Shown: in pieces, positions 31,037 to 47,389 of the stretch
How the letters are laid out: every line of letters starts with the position of its first letter
Numbering within the stretch: position 1 is the stretch's first letter
DNA from: Syncephalis fuscata S228
Taxonomy: Eukaryota > Fungi > Zoopagomycota
Length of the DNA stretch: 64,000 bases
Assembly: GCA_025786725.1 (NCBI GenBank)
Contig: JAHLTZ010000040.1
Span: forward strand, 116,980 to 180,979
Direction of reading: 5' to 3'
Position numbers and translations under genes: made by a program
Notes under the pieces: generated by a model
Told to the model about the DNA's origin: nothing
Databases searched by the model: none
The model's input: the letters and a program-made list of their open reading frames with translations, nothing else

Positions 31037-34000
31037 AGTGTAGTCAGATTCATAAGGATGATATTTATCTGGTTCAGTAAAATCCCATGTCCGTGTCTTG
31101 GGTACCGGTAATGGATTGACACTTGCTATATTAGAGGCGATACTATTCGTCGTTGATTGTGCTTGAATAGCCTTTTGTAATGCTTGTAATAAAGCAGGTG
31201 ATAATCCAGTATGACCAGATGGTATATTGGTTGTTGTTGTTGTTGTTGTTGTAGTAGTATTGGTAGGTGGTGGTACGGCTAATGATGTCATATATTCATT
31301 TGTTGACATACTAGGAGGATTAATAGTGGTGGTGGTGGTGGTTAAAGGACGAATAGTCGATACAGGATGATTTAATTGAGCTAGTAATTGAGCTACTGAT
31401 GTATTAGGCGATAGTAATCCACCACTATTTGTACTATTCGTATTAGTATTAATACTAGGTAGAGGTGTAGTATTGTTACTAATCGTATTGATAGAAGTAA
31501 TAGAAGTAGGTGTTGAAACTAATGGTACTCTATAAATAGTAGGTTGTTTATGATCACGACTATCTGGTTGATGCTTCACTCTATTGATATCACTCTGCAT
31601 CTTATTATTACTACTACTACTAATACTACAACTAGTAACAGTAGAGAGTGATTTGGGTTGATGCCATACAATAATACCGAGTAAATAATGATGTGCTGTA
31701 TGGATATCCACTTTATAATCGAGTAAGTCAATAAAAGGTGGCAATTTAGACTGATTAGTAGCAATAGGCACAATATACATATCCTTAACCGAGGATAGTG
31801 TATAGCCTATCACGCCATATCGCTGTCTTGTACTAAAATAGGACCATAATAGATCGTAGGCCTCTTGATACACATGAGAAAGGGGATCAAATCGCACGAG
31901 CAGTAACTGTTTACTACTAGATGATTTGATAATCTGGGTCAAATAGTCATCGGTACGGTTAACGTGGATACGGCCATCAATAGACAGGGCTGCCGGTAAT
32001 AAATCCGCCCACGATGATCGACTCAATTGAGTGGCCCCGGCCACTTGACATGCCGTACATTGTAGATCGGTGACATCAGGCATAAATAATCTACCTTGCC
32101 ATATCACATCGACTGGATCACTACTAGCATCAATCAGTACTGGTTCTAGATCATAATCTGCAAATGGATCATTATCGTCATCGTCATCATTATCATTAAT
32201 ATCGATATCAATGTCATCTGCTCTTATTACATGATTTATATTAGTAACAGACAATGATGCATTATGGTTTAATAAAGTATAATCTCTATTCTGTTCCTTC
32301 ATCGCTTCATCATGAATAGTTGACAATAATGGTGGTGGTGGCGATGCTGATGCCGATATTGAGGAGGCAATTGTCATGAAATCGTCGGGTAATTCCAATT
32401 GATTAACATTAAAATCAGCTAGAGGAGAAACAGGACGTGAACCACTTTTAATATGACTAGTGGTAACTGCTTTAATGGCTTTATCGTCATCGTCATCATC
32501 ATCTTCTTTAAATGGCTTTAATGTACTGGTTGATTCAAATCGATCAAATACTTTATCAAATTTAGATAGTGCATCTTCATGCTCATCTTTACTACTATGA
32601 CTATGACTCGTAGTAGTAGTAGTAGTATAACTATCGGTAAATGTGGCTGTCACTGGCGTAGTGGCTAATGATGTAGTGGCACTATCTCTATCTCTATGTC
32701 GATTAGAGGATTGACTATGTGTAGGAGTTGGTTGTGATGATGATGATGATGGTGGTGGTGGTGGATGATTATCTTCATTATGAGGACGTGTATCACCCAG
32801 CATCGTTTCACCTTTATGGGTTTTTTTAACATAAGCGGATAGATCAATATCTTCAATAATAGAATCTCTAATGCCTTGTTCGCGTACATCTTGGGCTAGA
32901 TTACGTAGTTCTTCATTGGCCATATCTTCATTACTCATACGCACTAATACAGAAGAGGTCACTTGTCCGGAGAGTACACGAAAGCGTAACGAGTTATTCT
33001 TCTTGTCATTTAAACTGAATATAAGACTGCGGTATTTGTTCTTATAATCTTGTCCACATCGACCATGTCCCACTCTATCTGATCTATCGGCCAAGTAATG
33101 GAATAGTGCTTCTTCAATATCCTCCGCATGGGCTTGTAAGTCTTCATCGGTGACTTTAGAGACATCTGTCTTGCCTTTCTCTCCTGCTTCTTGTAGAATA
33201 TTCTTAAGGGCACCGGTTAGTTTATTGACCACCATACGGCGTAGTGGATCGGGACTATGATGGACACTGGCACTGGCACTGGCACTGGCACTAGTACTTG
33301 ATGTTGTACGGTGATGGCCAATGGTAGTGGGACTTGTATCGATACGCGTTAATTTAGGTCGTGTTGATTTAGATTTAGAACGGATGGGTATATTCTCTTC
33401 TTCTTCTACATCCATATCATCTATACCTTCTGTATCATCCTCTTTATTTTCTTCATTCTTATAATCGTCATCGTCATTACTGGTATCTCGTCTCGTTTTG
33501 AATAATCCACTTTTGTTATGAAGTGTGGCATGACTATTACGTCGTGTGGCTTGTTTCTTAGTTATGCTCTGTTCTTCGATATCTTGTTGAGATAGACGAC
33601 GTCGACGTTGAGATGGTGGGCCTGTAGCGCGGTTACGAGGTGGTGGGAATGATAGACCATTGGCCTTTAATTGAACTACTTCAGGACTGTGTTCACATTC
33701 AGCACTGCAAAATGCTGTCCAATCCTCGGCATCATGTGAACAAGAAGGACGAGCACATTTGATAGTACTTGATGTCTATATTAATATTAATATTAATGTT
33801 GGGTTATTATATATATTATATATATTATATTATATTATATTATATTATATAAAAGGTACTTACTGGTGAATGACTTGACTTGTCGTCATTATTACTTATT
33901 ATAGCTGTTGATTCAGGACTATCTTGTTGATCTGAGTTAACAAAGGTTGCTATAATTAATATAAATAGTATAAATTGGTATAAATAGTATAGATTAGTAT

Positions 34001-34724
34001 TTGTTATATATATATATATATATCAATAGCTTACGTTTCATAGCATTCTTGCCCGCCTTGCCTCCAATACCTGGTAGTGTCGATATACATACAGGACAGT
34101 AATAGGTAGTGATTTTAGCCACTTTACCCTTGGTTAATCCAACACATTTAGCATGGTACCTATATTATACATATTAGTTATTAATTATTTGATGATTTGG
34201 TTATTTAATATAAATACTTGCCATTCAGAACAGCCATCACAACTAATCATAACAGTGCCATCATCTGGTTTACGACATAGACAATATAGTTTATCGTCTT
34301 CTATATCTTCTTCATGTTCATGTTCTTCTTCTTCTATATCCTCTACTTGTTCAGTAGTTGCATCAATGACTTTACTGTTATCATTGATACTATTTATGAC
34401 ATCATTTTCTGTTTGTTGGTGGTGGATTGATGTATCGAGTGATTTAACCGCTTCAACATATTGAGCAGTTAATTTACGGGCCCTTTTACTTCTTCTAATA
34501 GGGCCTGTTTCTTGTTCCACTGCTATAGTGTTGTTTTCATGGTGGTTGCTTAAATCGCTACTCTTTATCATTGTTACTTCAGAATCAATACCATTGGTAG
34601 AGCCATTTAATGGCATGTCTTTAGAAAGAATACACGATTCCTCTCCTGCAACAGCAATACTATCCATATCATAAGTTAGGGGAGGTGCTTGTTGCGGTTC
34701 TGATTGATCGGTCATATCCGCCAT
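30482..34724 (-). CDS. BYE1: PHD + TFIIS-central + SPOC protein (Bye1/DIDO1/PHF3 family), 4 exons
   Basis: LYCLCRKPDDGTVMISCDGCSEW|YHAKC; YKNKYRSLIFSLNDKKNNSLR..LVRMSNEDMA; SPOC IWQGRL..IDGRI..RQRYGV..VKDMYIVP. Confidence 0.9.
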
Positions 34725-35111
34725 GACACTCGTTGATAATGGCTGTCACAGCGATTGTAGTAGTAGTAGTAGCAGTAGTAGTTAACTATACTAATAGATC
34801 GCAATTCAATAGAAATACTATCGCTAATACTATCGTCAACGACAGATCAAGAATAAAAGTCACTACAAATGGGTTGAGTTGGGTGGTTTAATGCAAAGTA
34901 GCACGGTAAATGTAAGAAGTGTAATAGTTGTGGTCCTTAAAAATATTGTTAAAATAGACCAATGGTTCTGATTTAATAGATAAATAGAAAGAGTGAAGAA
35001 ATCATTGTGAATTTCCATTGTGTATTACAATTACAATTACAATTTATTATTATATTGTATATTATATTGTATATTATATTGTATATTATTATTATAATGA
35101 CAGTGTTGACT

Positions 35112-36086
35112 TTATTGTTTGCCAAGACAGACAAAATAGATTTCTGCAGAATCTTTTCGAGAGGCCATGGGTTTTTCTATTAATACTTTACGGAATAAGC
35201 CTTGTAAATGGCGTCTAAAGGTTGGATCACCTCCATCCATAAATACCTATATTATAATATATTACATGTTATTTAGTATAATATTATGAATATGCAATAC
35301 GTACTTTGCAAATAAACGTGCCTTCTTTTCTTAAATGTTGTTGGGCGAATTCTAATGCTGCTTCACATAATTCCTATTATTATATATTATTATAACATTA
35401 ATATATATATATAACTTACCATAGATCTTGCTTGATCAACTGTTCTAATACCTATTGATATATATATATATTAGTGGTCTATTAATGATATATACGTGTT
35501 ATTATTATGTACCAGATAACGAGGGTGCCATATCTGATAGTACAACATCAACGGGTTTATCGTCTAATAGTTTGGCCATACGTTGTGTTATTTCATCGGT
35601 TCTAAAGTCACCTTCAATAAAATGAACACCAGTGATAGGAGCCATTGGTAGTAGATCAACGGCTATAACAAGTCCTTCATCCTCTAGTTCTTCGTCGTCG
35701 TCGTCGAGTCTATTTGACTCGGTGTCTGGTGTTGCTATTCTATAGTGGATGCGTGGTTTTTCTGGTTTGACAGCATTACGTAAAATAAGTTCAGCGGCTA
35801 CCTGGCTCCAACCACCTGGACTCGAGCCGCAATCGACACACCGGCACCCCGGCAATAGAAAGCGATGCTTTTCATGCAGTGCCAGTAGTTTATAGGCACT
35901 CCTTGTGCGGTAGCCGTCGGCGCGGGCTTGTCGGGCATAAATATCGTCGCGTTGTCGCTGCAGCCACCGATTAGACGAGCCAGACCTACTATGGGCCATA
36001 GCTATGCCATACGTAGACAAATAGCGTCGCATAGCCCAACCACTACTACTACTACTACTACTCGGCATTAACTTGGCCATAGCCAT
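35112..36086 (-). CDS. MRM2: Mitochondrial rRNA 2'-O-methyltransferase (FtsJ/RrmJ)
   Basis: SNRWLQRQRDDIY..GYRTRSAYKL, DCGSSPGGWSQ, VDVVLSDMAP, KPMASRKDSAEIYFVC. Confidence 0.92.
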
Positions 36087-36186
36087 GTAATTGAGTTTAT
36101 GTTGGTGGTGGTAATATACGCTGTGCAACATAATAAAATAGAAAATAACGCTCAAATATAATTTATTGTTGAAAAATAGCTGTTGC

Positions 36187-36844
36187 TCATTCCACTACTC
36201 CACCTTCGGCTACGACTAAAGCCAGATCCTTTACTGTATCGCGTACTTGATTTGCCAGCTCTAATAATAGACCTGTATAATAATGAAATAGTTGGTTTAT
36301 TGGCTTATTATTACTGTTAGAGTATTATGACCTACCTGTATTGGCTTGTGCGTCAGCAATAAGTGAAATAACTAGAGGTGGTCGCGATGCTTGCACTAAT
36401 TGATGTAGGCCTGTCATACAAGCGACCGTGCGATGACGGCCAAGTCCTAATTTACTAGCCTATAACTAAAATAAATAACACAATTATTAAATAGCATTCT
36501 ATTACCTGTTCGCTAGCTACGGTAAAAGTTGACGACATTGGAGGTTCGTGTAAGTTTTCTCGTGTCTGGTCGGTCATAGCTAGTCGTTTTAAATGAGTAT
36601 TGCTAACTTATAAAACCTTACACGCACCTTGTCCTAGAATAACGCCTTCGCGATCAGTTACTAAGCAGACAAGCAAGTCCCGCGGATGACTATGTGGGAT
36701 TTAGCTTATTGGGCCATAGTATTACTGTTCAATATATACTTACCAGGCGAGTAGTTGATGTAAATAGGATTCTAGCTCATCCCGCTGTTGTTGTTGTGCC
36801 TGAGATTCCTCAACCATTGATGAATCGCTAACATTGGTAGCCAT
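36187..36844 (-). CDS. LAMTOR3: Ragulator subunit LAMTOR3 (MP1), 5 exons; missed by ORF track
   Basis: Spliced: LVTDREGVILG..STFTVASEQ|ASKLGLGRHRTV..QLVQ..PLVISLIADAQANT|GLLLEL. Confidence 0.88.
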
Positions 36845-37284
36845 GTTAAACAACGAGTAGATTAAAAAGAAAGTAAAGGAGGTAAAGTTTTATATTAATT
36901 CTATGGATACTAAAGTTGTTTATCATTTGAATTTAAAGAACTTTTGTTATTGTTATGGTGTATTATTTGAAACAATCACTCATTTGCCAAGTAAAACAAT
37001 ACATCTTTATAAATAACAAACAAACTATATTCATTATGTTTAATACATTTTACTGATTTTAACTATTTTATTATATGTGCTATAACTTCAGCACCAATAT
37101 TCATATTCTTCGCATTATATATTTGTGCTAATATATACCGTTTTACGTTTACTTGGCGTTGCTTACTGAGAGACACTGCCAGCTCGACTCTAGCTTTATT
37201 ATTGCTAATTTTTACTTATTTGGCTTATTGAAATATATACACTATACAATAAATAGTATAAGTATGTGTAGAGTTATTGATTTA

Positions 37285-39195
37285 TTAGAAACATGTATAA
37301 AGTTGGTCATTGATAAGTAGCAATTGTTGGATCGACCAACGTTTATAAGATAGTGTTGTAATACTATCTGGTGAAGCAATTGATAAATCGGGCTTGCCAT
37401 CGACCTTATTAAATAGCCGTGCCTTAATCTCTGACCATAAAAGTCGGTAGGCAAAGAGTGGACTAACAATAATTGTTTCCGATGAAGTTTTGCCATAATC
37501 TGGCATACGGATACCAAGCACATAAAGTAGAACAGCCGATACAATGGTTAGGCCAACGATGTTATATGAAAGTCGAGCAATCATTTTATCGGCATCGATT
37601 GACCATTCAAGATTGAGTAATAGGAAAACATCAATAATATTAAGAAGAAATGCAACAAATGAAGCCGTTGATATGATGGCCAACTGATCGAATACAAGTT
37701 AATTATTAGTAAAAATCAGTAATCAAATAGTTTGGTGTTTATAAACGGTAAAATACTTACGCGAGCTAGAGCATTACGAAGCGATTCGCTAATACAGTTC
37801 TTCATGCTAAGATAGAAAACTACAGCTACACATTTGATTAGAAGTTGTATATGCAATTGTATACACCAATAAATGACTTACTAAAATAGGCAAATATAAG
37901 TGCTGTCAATAGTTGTTGCGATATTAAGAAGTAGCCAAGTATATTGTAAACAATTATATTAACAATATGGTCTGTATCATAACAATCGACGGCGACTATT
38001 ATAAGAACTGCAGTATGTATGATTATCCGCATAGCAAAGCCGATGTGAATGACTATACGGAACAGCCTAATTCTACGTTCAATTTGCTTTCCGAGTTTGA
38101 GGGAGCACCTGATTAATAAAAAGTGTTAATTTACTACATATTGCATATTCATTTTATACATACCAGATAACAAGCAAAAAGTAAAAAGCTATAGAGCATA
38201 GTATCGTAGAAATCTGTATTATAATATGATAACTTAGATCTCCAAAGTTACTAGGAATAACAACTAAGTCAACTGTGAATAGCGATAAAGCTACATTAGC
38301 CTGGCTGTAAAAATGCCACGTATTATTGCTACTTACGCACGACAGCTAAGAAGCCAGCCACAAATGCCAGCGTCCGTAGGTCGGCCTCGAGACTTCCAAA
38401 CAACCATATATATATAAAACTGCCGAGAGCATGCAGAATAAAAAGACATTGATTGTAAAGAATGTCCACATAAATGTTTGGAACCACGGTGAAAGTATAT
38501 AACGTTTCCATGCATTGGGTTCTAATCGGCATGCTATTAGTTGATATATTAAATCGGTGCTTTTAATCTACCTTGTGTCATGTGGCTATAGCTGGAAACT
38601 CTAGCATTTTCATTGCATTGCTAATATCTTTCAGATCTTTATTACGAGCCAATGCTATAGGAATACTTGGTGTATACCTTTTAAAGAAGCTGCCGACAGA
38701 TGCTGAGATTTTACGGAAGGCAGGTCTTAAAAATAAAAGACCACTGGCTGGGGGATAATTGCGGCTGACTATCCATTTCTTGTAATCATCTAGCGTCTTC
38801 TCAAGCTTTAGACGCAAAACAGATTATTAGTTCGATTACCATGGAGTACAGCAAAACTTCAGTTACCTGTCGCATGTTTCTACAGCCGTAGCTTTTTAGT
38901 TTCTCGAGCTCAAAAACCAAAATGATGGATGCAACATCCTTTGGCAGAGTGCTTACTTCTGATATAGTTTCGCCTGGTAAAGGCAGTTTTTTAAGTTCGC
39001 ATCGACATTATTATAGAATTCTGGGATGACCAGCATTCCAGTAATGTTAAAATAATCAAACTCTATCCTAAATGGATCGGCCGTTTTAAACTTGAATACT
39101 GTCTTATTTGTACGCATAATTATTCCACCAACCGCCAGGTGCATTATTTGGCTGATGAAAAACAACAATGACAATAAATATGCCACGAGTGACAT
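37285..39195 (-). CDS. Signal peptide + ectodomain + 7TM receptor-like protein, paralog 1 (indels in this copy)
   Basis: Six-exon model with seven hydrophobic segments; mirror of 49241-51153. Confidence 0.75.
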
Positions 39196-40166
39196 GGCTG
39201 CTGGTATAATAGGTTGTTCGTTGGTCGTAAATTGGCTACTAATAACTTAAAATAGTTGCTAGTATAGTAAATCAGATAAACATTAAGCGTGGCACACAAA
39301 AAAGAATAGCAATCACAGACATGCAATTGTTTGTAAAGTCAATTGACTAAAAAGGATAACTATGAATAAATGGCAATTATTAGAAAGGTTCTGGCCACAA
39401 TATGGTGCAGCATCTACAAGTAAAGCAGTATATTTAACGCATGGGTTTGACCCTTCAAACAGTACATATTCATATTGTATCAACAGTATTAAAAAATACT
39501 GGTTTGGCTGCTAAAAGTGCACGCTTAAATGACTCGCCTATTTACCCTAAGATTAATGACACTTATCTATACACGCGGTCTGTTTTAAAACTGCTTCCTA
39601 ACAAGTACCTGCATCCTCCGACTGTCTTCGTGCCCTTATCTGTCTAAAACCTATACCTTCAATATTTGTTGTTAGCATAAATATTTGCAGCCAAAAAACT
39701 TCTTGGTTTGCAGTATGTTCTATTTTTTATTAATCTTAAATGCAATTAAATTAATCTGTTTGTTAGTAAACATTACTTAAAATACAGTATTCCACTTGTT
39801 TATGATTCTATCAAGATTTAAGCCTAGGAGAGACTTGAGTGTTTTAGTTTACACGTGATTAGTTCAAGCCGCCCCGGTTACATCACTATTGGCTGGAAAA
39901 TGTTTTAAATTATTATGATTAATCTATTAATTACAAGGCATTATTGCGTCTTGGCAAATAATTTGTTATTCCATGTTTATTTGGCGCCGCTCTACTCAGA
40001 GACAGGTCGGTTTGACTCAGCCTTTTATTAATAATCTTAATTTTATTTGGCTTATTAAAACATGCACACTAACACATTAAACAATATTAATATATATATA
40101 TATATTAATTTACTAGAAACATGTATTAAGTTGGTTGTTGATAGATAGCAATCCCTAGATTAATTA

Positions 40167-42036
40167 CTATGTAGGAGATAGTGTTGTAATACTATTCGGT
40201 GACATAACTGATAAATCGGGCTTGTCATTAGCCTTATTAAACAGCCGCATTTTAATTTCTAACCATAAAAGCCGATAGGTAAGTAAAGGACTGACGATGA
40301 TCGTTTTAGATGAAGTTTTGCCATTATAATTTGGCATACGGACACCAAGTGCGTAGAGTAGAATAGCAGATTGGATAGTTAGACCGACAATTCTATATGC
40401 ACGCCGAGCGATCATTTTATCAGCATAGATCGACCAATCGAGATCAAGTTCTAAGAAAGTATCAATAGTACCAATGAGAAAGGCAACAAATGTGGCAGTT
40501 GAGATTATGGCCAGCTAATTAAAGTTAAATTAAATATTATTAAAAAGTAAAAATCAAATAGTTTGACGTCTATAAATGATAAAATACTTACGCGAGCTAG
40601 AGCATTACGAACGGATCCACTGTTACAGTTCTTCATAACTAAATAGAAAACCACAGCTTTGTATTTGATTAAAATTTGTATATGTAATTGTATACACCAA
40701 TAAATGACTTACTAGAATAGGCAAAGATAAACGCAGTTAATAACTCTAAAGAAATCAAGACGTAGCTAAATATATCATAGATAAATTTATAGCCGTAATA
40801 GCTTGTATCGTAATAATCAACAGCGATTATTGTAAGAGATGCAATACGCGCAATAATTCGCATAACAAAGCTGATATGAATAACTATGCGAAATACTTTA
40901 GCTCTATGTTCAATTTGTTTGTCGAATTTGAGTGAGCACCTAATTATTATTGTTATGATTAATCATCTATAATATTGCATATTCATTTATACATACCAAA
41001 TAATGAGTAAAAAATAAAAAGATACAGTAAACAATATCAAATAAATCTCTACTATAATATGATAGCTCAACTTTCCGAAATTACCAGGAATAGTTGCTAA
41101 ACCAACTGTAAATGAAATAAAAGCATATTAGTTTGGTTGTAGAAATGATTTATATTATTGTTGTTACTTACGCATGACAGAAATAAAACCAAATACAAAT
41201 GCCAGTGTTCGTAAATCAATTTCTAAACTTCCAGATAACCAAACATATGTAATACTGCCGAGAGCATGCAGAATAAAAACGATGTTAATTGCAAAAGACG
41301 TCCAAATAAATGCTTGGAACCACGGTGAAAGTATATATTGTCTCCATATATTGGTTTCTAATTAGTATGCCATTAGTTGATATATTAAATCGGTGCTTTT
41401 AATCTACCTTGTGTCATGGTGGCTATAGCTGGAAACTCTAGCATTTTCATTGCATTGCTAATATCTTTCAGATCTTTATGACGAGTCATTGCTATGGGAA
41501 TACTTGGTGCATACTCTTTAAATAAATTGCTGGAAATTATCGAGATTTTACGAAAACCACCTCTTATTAACAAAAGGCCACTGACTGGAGGATACTGGTG
41601 ACTGGCTATCCATTTTTTGTAATCATCTAGCGTCTCTTCGATCTATCGGAAACAAAGGAAACAAAAGAAATATTAGCAAATATTATTATAAATTATGGCA
41701 AAAATCTATATTTACCTGTTGCATTGTTTTGCAGCCATGGCTTTTTATTTTTGAAAGCTCAAAAACTAAAATAATGGATGTAACATTCTTTGGCAGAGTG
41801 TTTACTCCTAATATATTTTCTCCTGGCAAAGGCAGTTTCTCGATTTTACAATCAACATCATTATAGAATTCTGGAATGACCAGCATGCCAGTAATGTTAA
41901 AATAATCAAACTGTATTCCAACTGGATCAGTCGTCTTGAACTTAAATATTGTATTATTTGACTGCATAACAATTGCACCGATTGCCAGGTGGATTATCTG
42001 ACAGATAAAAGATAACAATAGCAACAAACGTGCCAT
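40167..42036 (-). CDS. Signal peptide + ectodomain + 7TM receptor-like protein, diverged tandem paralog 2
   Basis: Same intron positions and motifs as paralog 1 (FDYFNITGMLVIPEFYN, PSIPIA, EPN.W, LRNALAR, LLY.LG.RMP). Confidence 0.75.
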
Positions 42037-43249
42037 GAGTAATATGATTGCTGATATGATAAATAGGCCTTTAGCCGTGAATTGATTAATAAGAAATAGA
42101 AGTAGCTACTAAGATAATAGGCTGGATATAAACATTAATTATGACACACAACAAAGAATAGTAATCACAGATATGGAATTGTTTGTAAAATTAGCTACCT
42201 AATAAGGAATTAATATGGATAAATAACAATGATTAGAAAAGGTTTGATTACAATATGGCCCATTATTTATGACGGAGCAGCAGTATATTTAACGCATGGC
42301 CTTGGCCCTTCCAATATATTTTCAAGCATTATCAGCTACATCAAGCAATACCGGTTTGGGCTGCTAACAACGCATGGTTAAAATGGCTTATCCATTCAAT
42401 CTATGACCAAAACTATCTGTTTATACCCACAGTTTGTTTCAAACCTGATTTCAAAGAAGCATTCTTTATCTTCTAAATGACTTCTATTTCTTCTGTGTCT
42501 AAATTATATCTAACACTATTTACTATTATATACCGACCGGCTTCCTTTGTATTATTTCAGTGTCGTTACTTATCATTACTTGCCTATTTATTGATTGCGC
42601 ATCATGTCCATACATCACAACGTTTTAATTTAATTACTTAATTTGTATTACAACATCAACATAATATCTATTTTATCATAAATTTATTATCCAGTAGCAT
42701 ATATACTCTATTTGCCCATATTATTTTCATTTTATACTTAAACTATTACAAGTCATTTTATTGTACAATGAACACGTTTTATTAATAGATATTTAGCTAT
42801 TTATTAATGACTGTATTTGCTATAAACTTTAATTTGTTTGCTTGCTGCATTCACTTATTCACATACATAATAGCTTCAACACTATTATTCCTGTATTTTA
42901 TTTTGTTCACTTATTCCGTTCTACACTATTCTATATCTATTATCCACGCTTTATAGATTTTGAATTGGCTTAAACAAATAAAATGCATATACTATACGTC
43001 TATTATAGCATTTCTATATTTTATTTGTCTATACATTTAAAATTATATCAGTTTACTATTATACAATTAATTACTTGACATAAATACGGAATAGAATAAA
43101 AACATAAAACCGAGCCAATCTACAGTGAGCCAAGTTTTGACAACAATCATATCAAAGTGCAACAGGTGTGAATAAAAGTTTTCACAGTCATCGCATCTTG
43201 TTTTTTTTCATTCCATCGTTTATTTTACCAGCATATAATATCTGTCAAG

Positions 43250-44725
43250 ATGGGAGGAGGCGATCTCGTAAGTCATGGATAAGTGCATATATGCTTATTT
43301 ATTTACGCCGTATGAGTAGAATTTGAAAAAGTCCTGGCATACAGGCACATTCCGTAATCAGGAGACAGTATGGAAACGCGAACAAGAAGTGGCCGAGGAA
43401 AACAAGAAACTTGAGCAACTAAGAAAAGAACTGGAAGAGGAGAGACAGTTACAGGAGTTGCAACGGATTCAGGAATCATCAGGAGTACGGTAAGCTAGCG
43501 ATGAGGTAATATACGGTCACTACTAACAGACAATTGTAGGAAACGTGCAGAACGACTAGAATGGATGTATGCTGCTGGTCCTGGACAGTCTGCAGCCACA
43601 CGTAATGCAGATCTTGAACAATATCTGTTAGGAAAGAAGCGAGTTGATGATATTGTTGATGCAGGCCATACAGTTGATGAGGTAAAACATATAGACATTT
43701 ATACTTGCATTAATTAACTAAACTGTCTATTAACATTACATGTAGCTGTCAGCAAACTCTACATCAATCTTTCAACAAGCGATGAATCAAAAAGCAAACA
43801 ATATACGCGATACATTTGCCAAAGTGCGAGAAGACCCGTTATTGATGATCAAGAAGCGAGAACAACAGAGCTTGGAAAATATTATGAGTAATCCAGTAAA
43901 GATGAAGCAGCTAGCTGAGGTAAATAAATGTCTATTTAATATATTAATTCGCTAATTTAAATTATTTCAGTCTAAAAAAGGCATTGTAAAGGACAAAAAG
44001 AAGAAAGAAAAGAAAGAGAAAAAGCACCGAAATAGACATCGGGAAAGTGAGAGCAGTGATAGAGAAGATGGCGATGAAGTAACATCGGCTCATTATCATA
44101 AACGTCAACGGTCTCGTTCACCAAATAGATCTGATTTTTATAGAGAAATACAGCGATGTTAACAGAGCATCCATGTGGATAGACGTGATTATCGTCGTTA
44201 TGACCGACGCAGTTCTCGCTCACCTTCTTCTAGAAAACATCGCAGCCCGAATAATTATAGACCACATCGTGATCATGGTCGACACGAAAACAATTATGCA
44301 CGATCACGACACCATGAAGAACGACAACGACAACATTCATCGTCAAATGCTGCACCAGACGATAAAGCGTTAAAGGAACAAGAGCGTCAACGTCGTTTAG
44401 CTGCTATGGTGTCAGATGCAGAAGCATTGGATCGTGAAAGAGACACACGTATTGAGACTAGTATGAAAGAAGAAGCTGAACAAGAGAGGCGAGACCAAGC
44501 AGTTCGAATGGAACGTGGCCGTCATGGCACAGGACGTGATTTCTTAAGGCAAGTACAGCTACTATTTACTCTGTTATAACATACGATCTAATCAATGTTT
44601 GTGTGTTGATGTATTATAGTGAGACGAGCCGTGCCATCTACGGTACAGCCGATTCTCTTCGGTTAGAAGATCGAGTTCGACGTAATCGAGCTGGACTTCA
44701 ACGTCAAAGTGCCGTTAGAGAATAG
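43250..44725 (+). CDS. CWC25: Pre-mRNA splicing factor Cwc25
   Basis: MGGGDL|NLKKSWHTGTFRNQETVWKREQ, ERLEWMY, EQYLLGK, KVREDPLLMIKKREQ. Confidence 0.95.
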
Positions 44726-44800
44726 AAATGAATAATAGGGACCGTTATTAGTTTTATTATTAGCATATTTTGATTATTAAACAAAAATTTAATCGCTGTA

Positions 44801-47389
<2,589 letters not shown>

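Larger units (their letters stand above)
24453..39908 (+). repeat. Left arm of giant inverted repeat (outer limit set by the window end of the right arm)
   Basis: Mirror ORF coordinates sum to about 88437-88457 (37838+50600, 35505+52935, 30482+57975, 24962+63490). Confidence 0.97.

Noticed and set aside
30424-31420. Overlapping His/Ile/Tyr/Val-rich ORFs and trinucleotide runs
   Set aside because: Alternative-frame shadows of the Asn/Thr/His-rich BYE1 tail.
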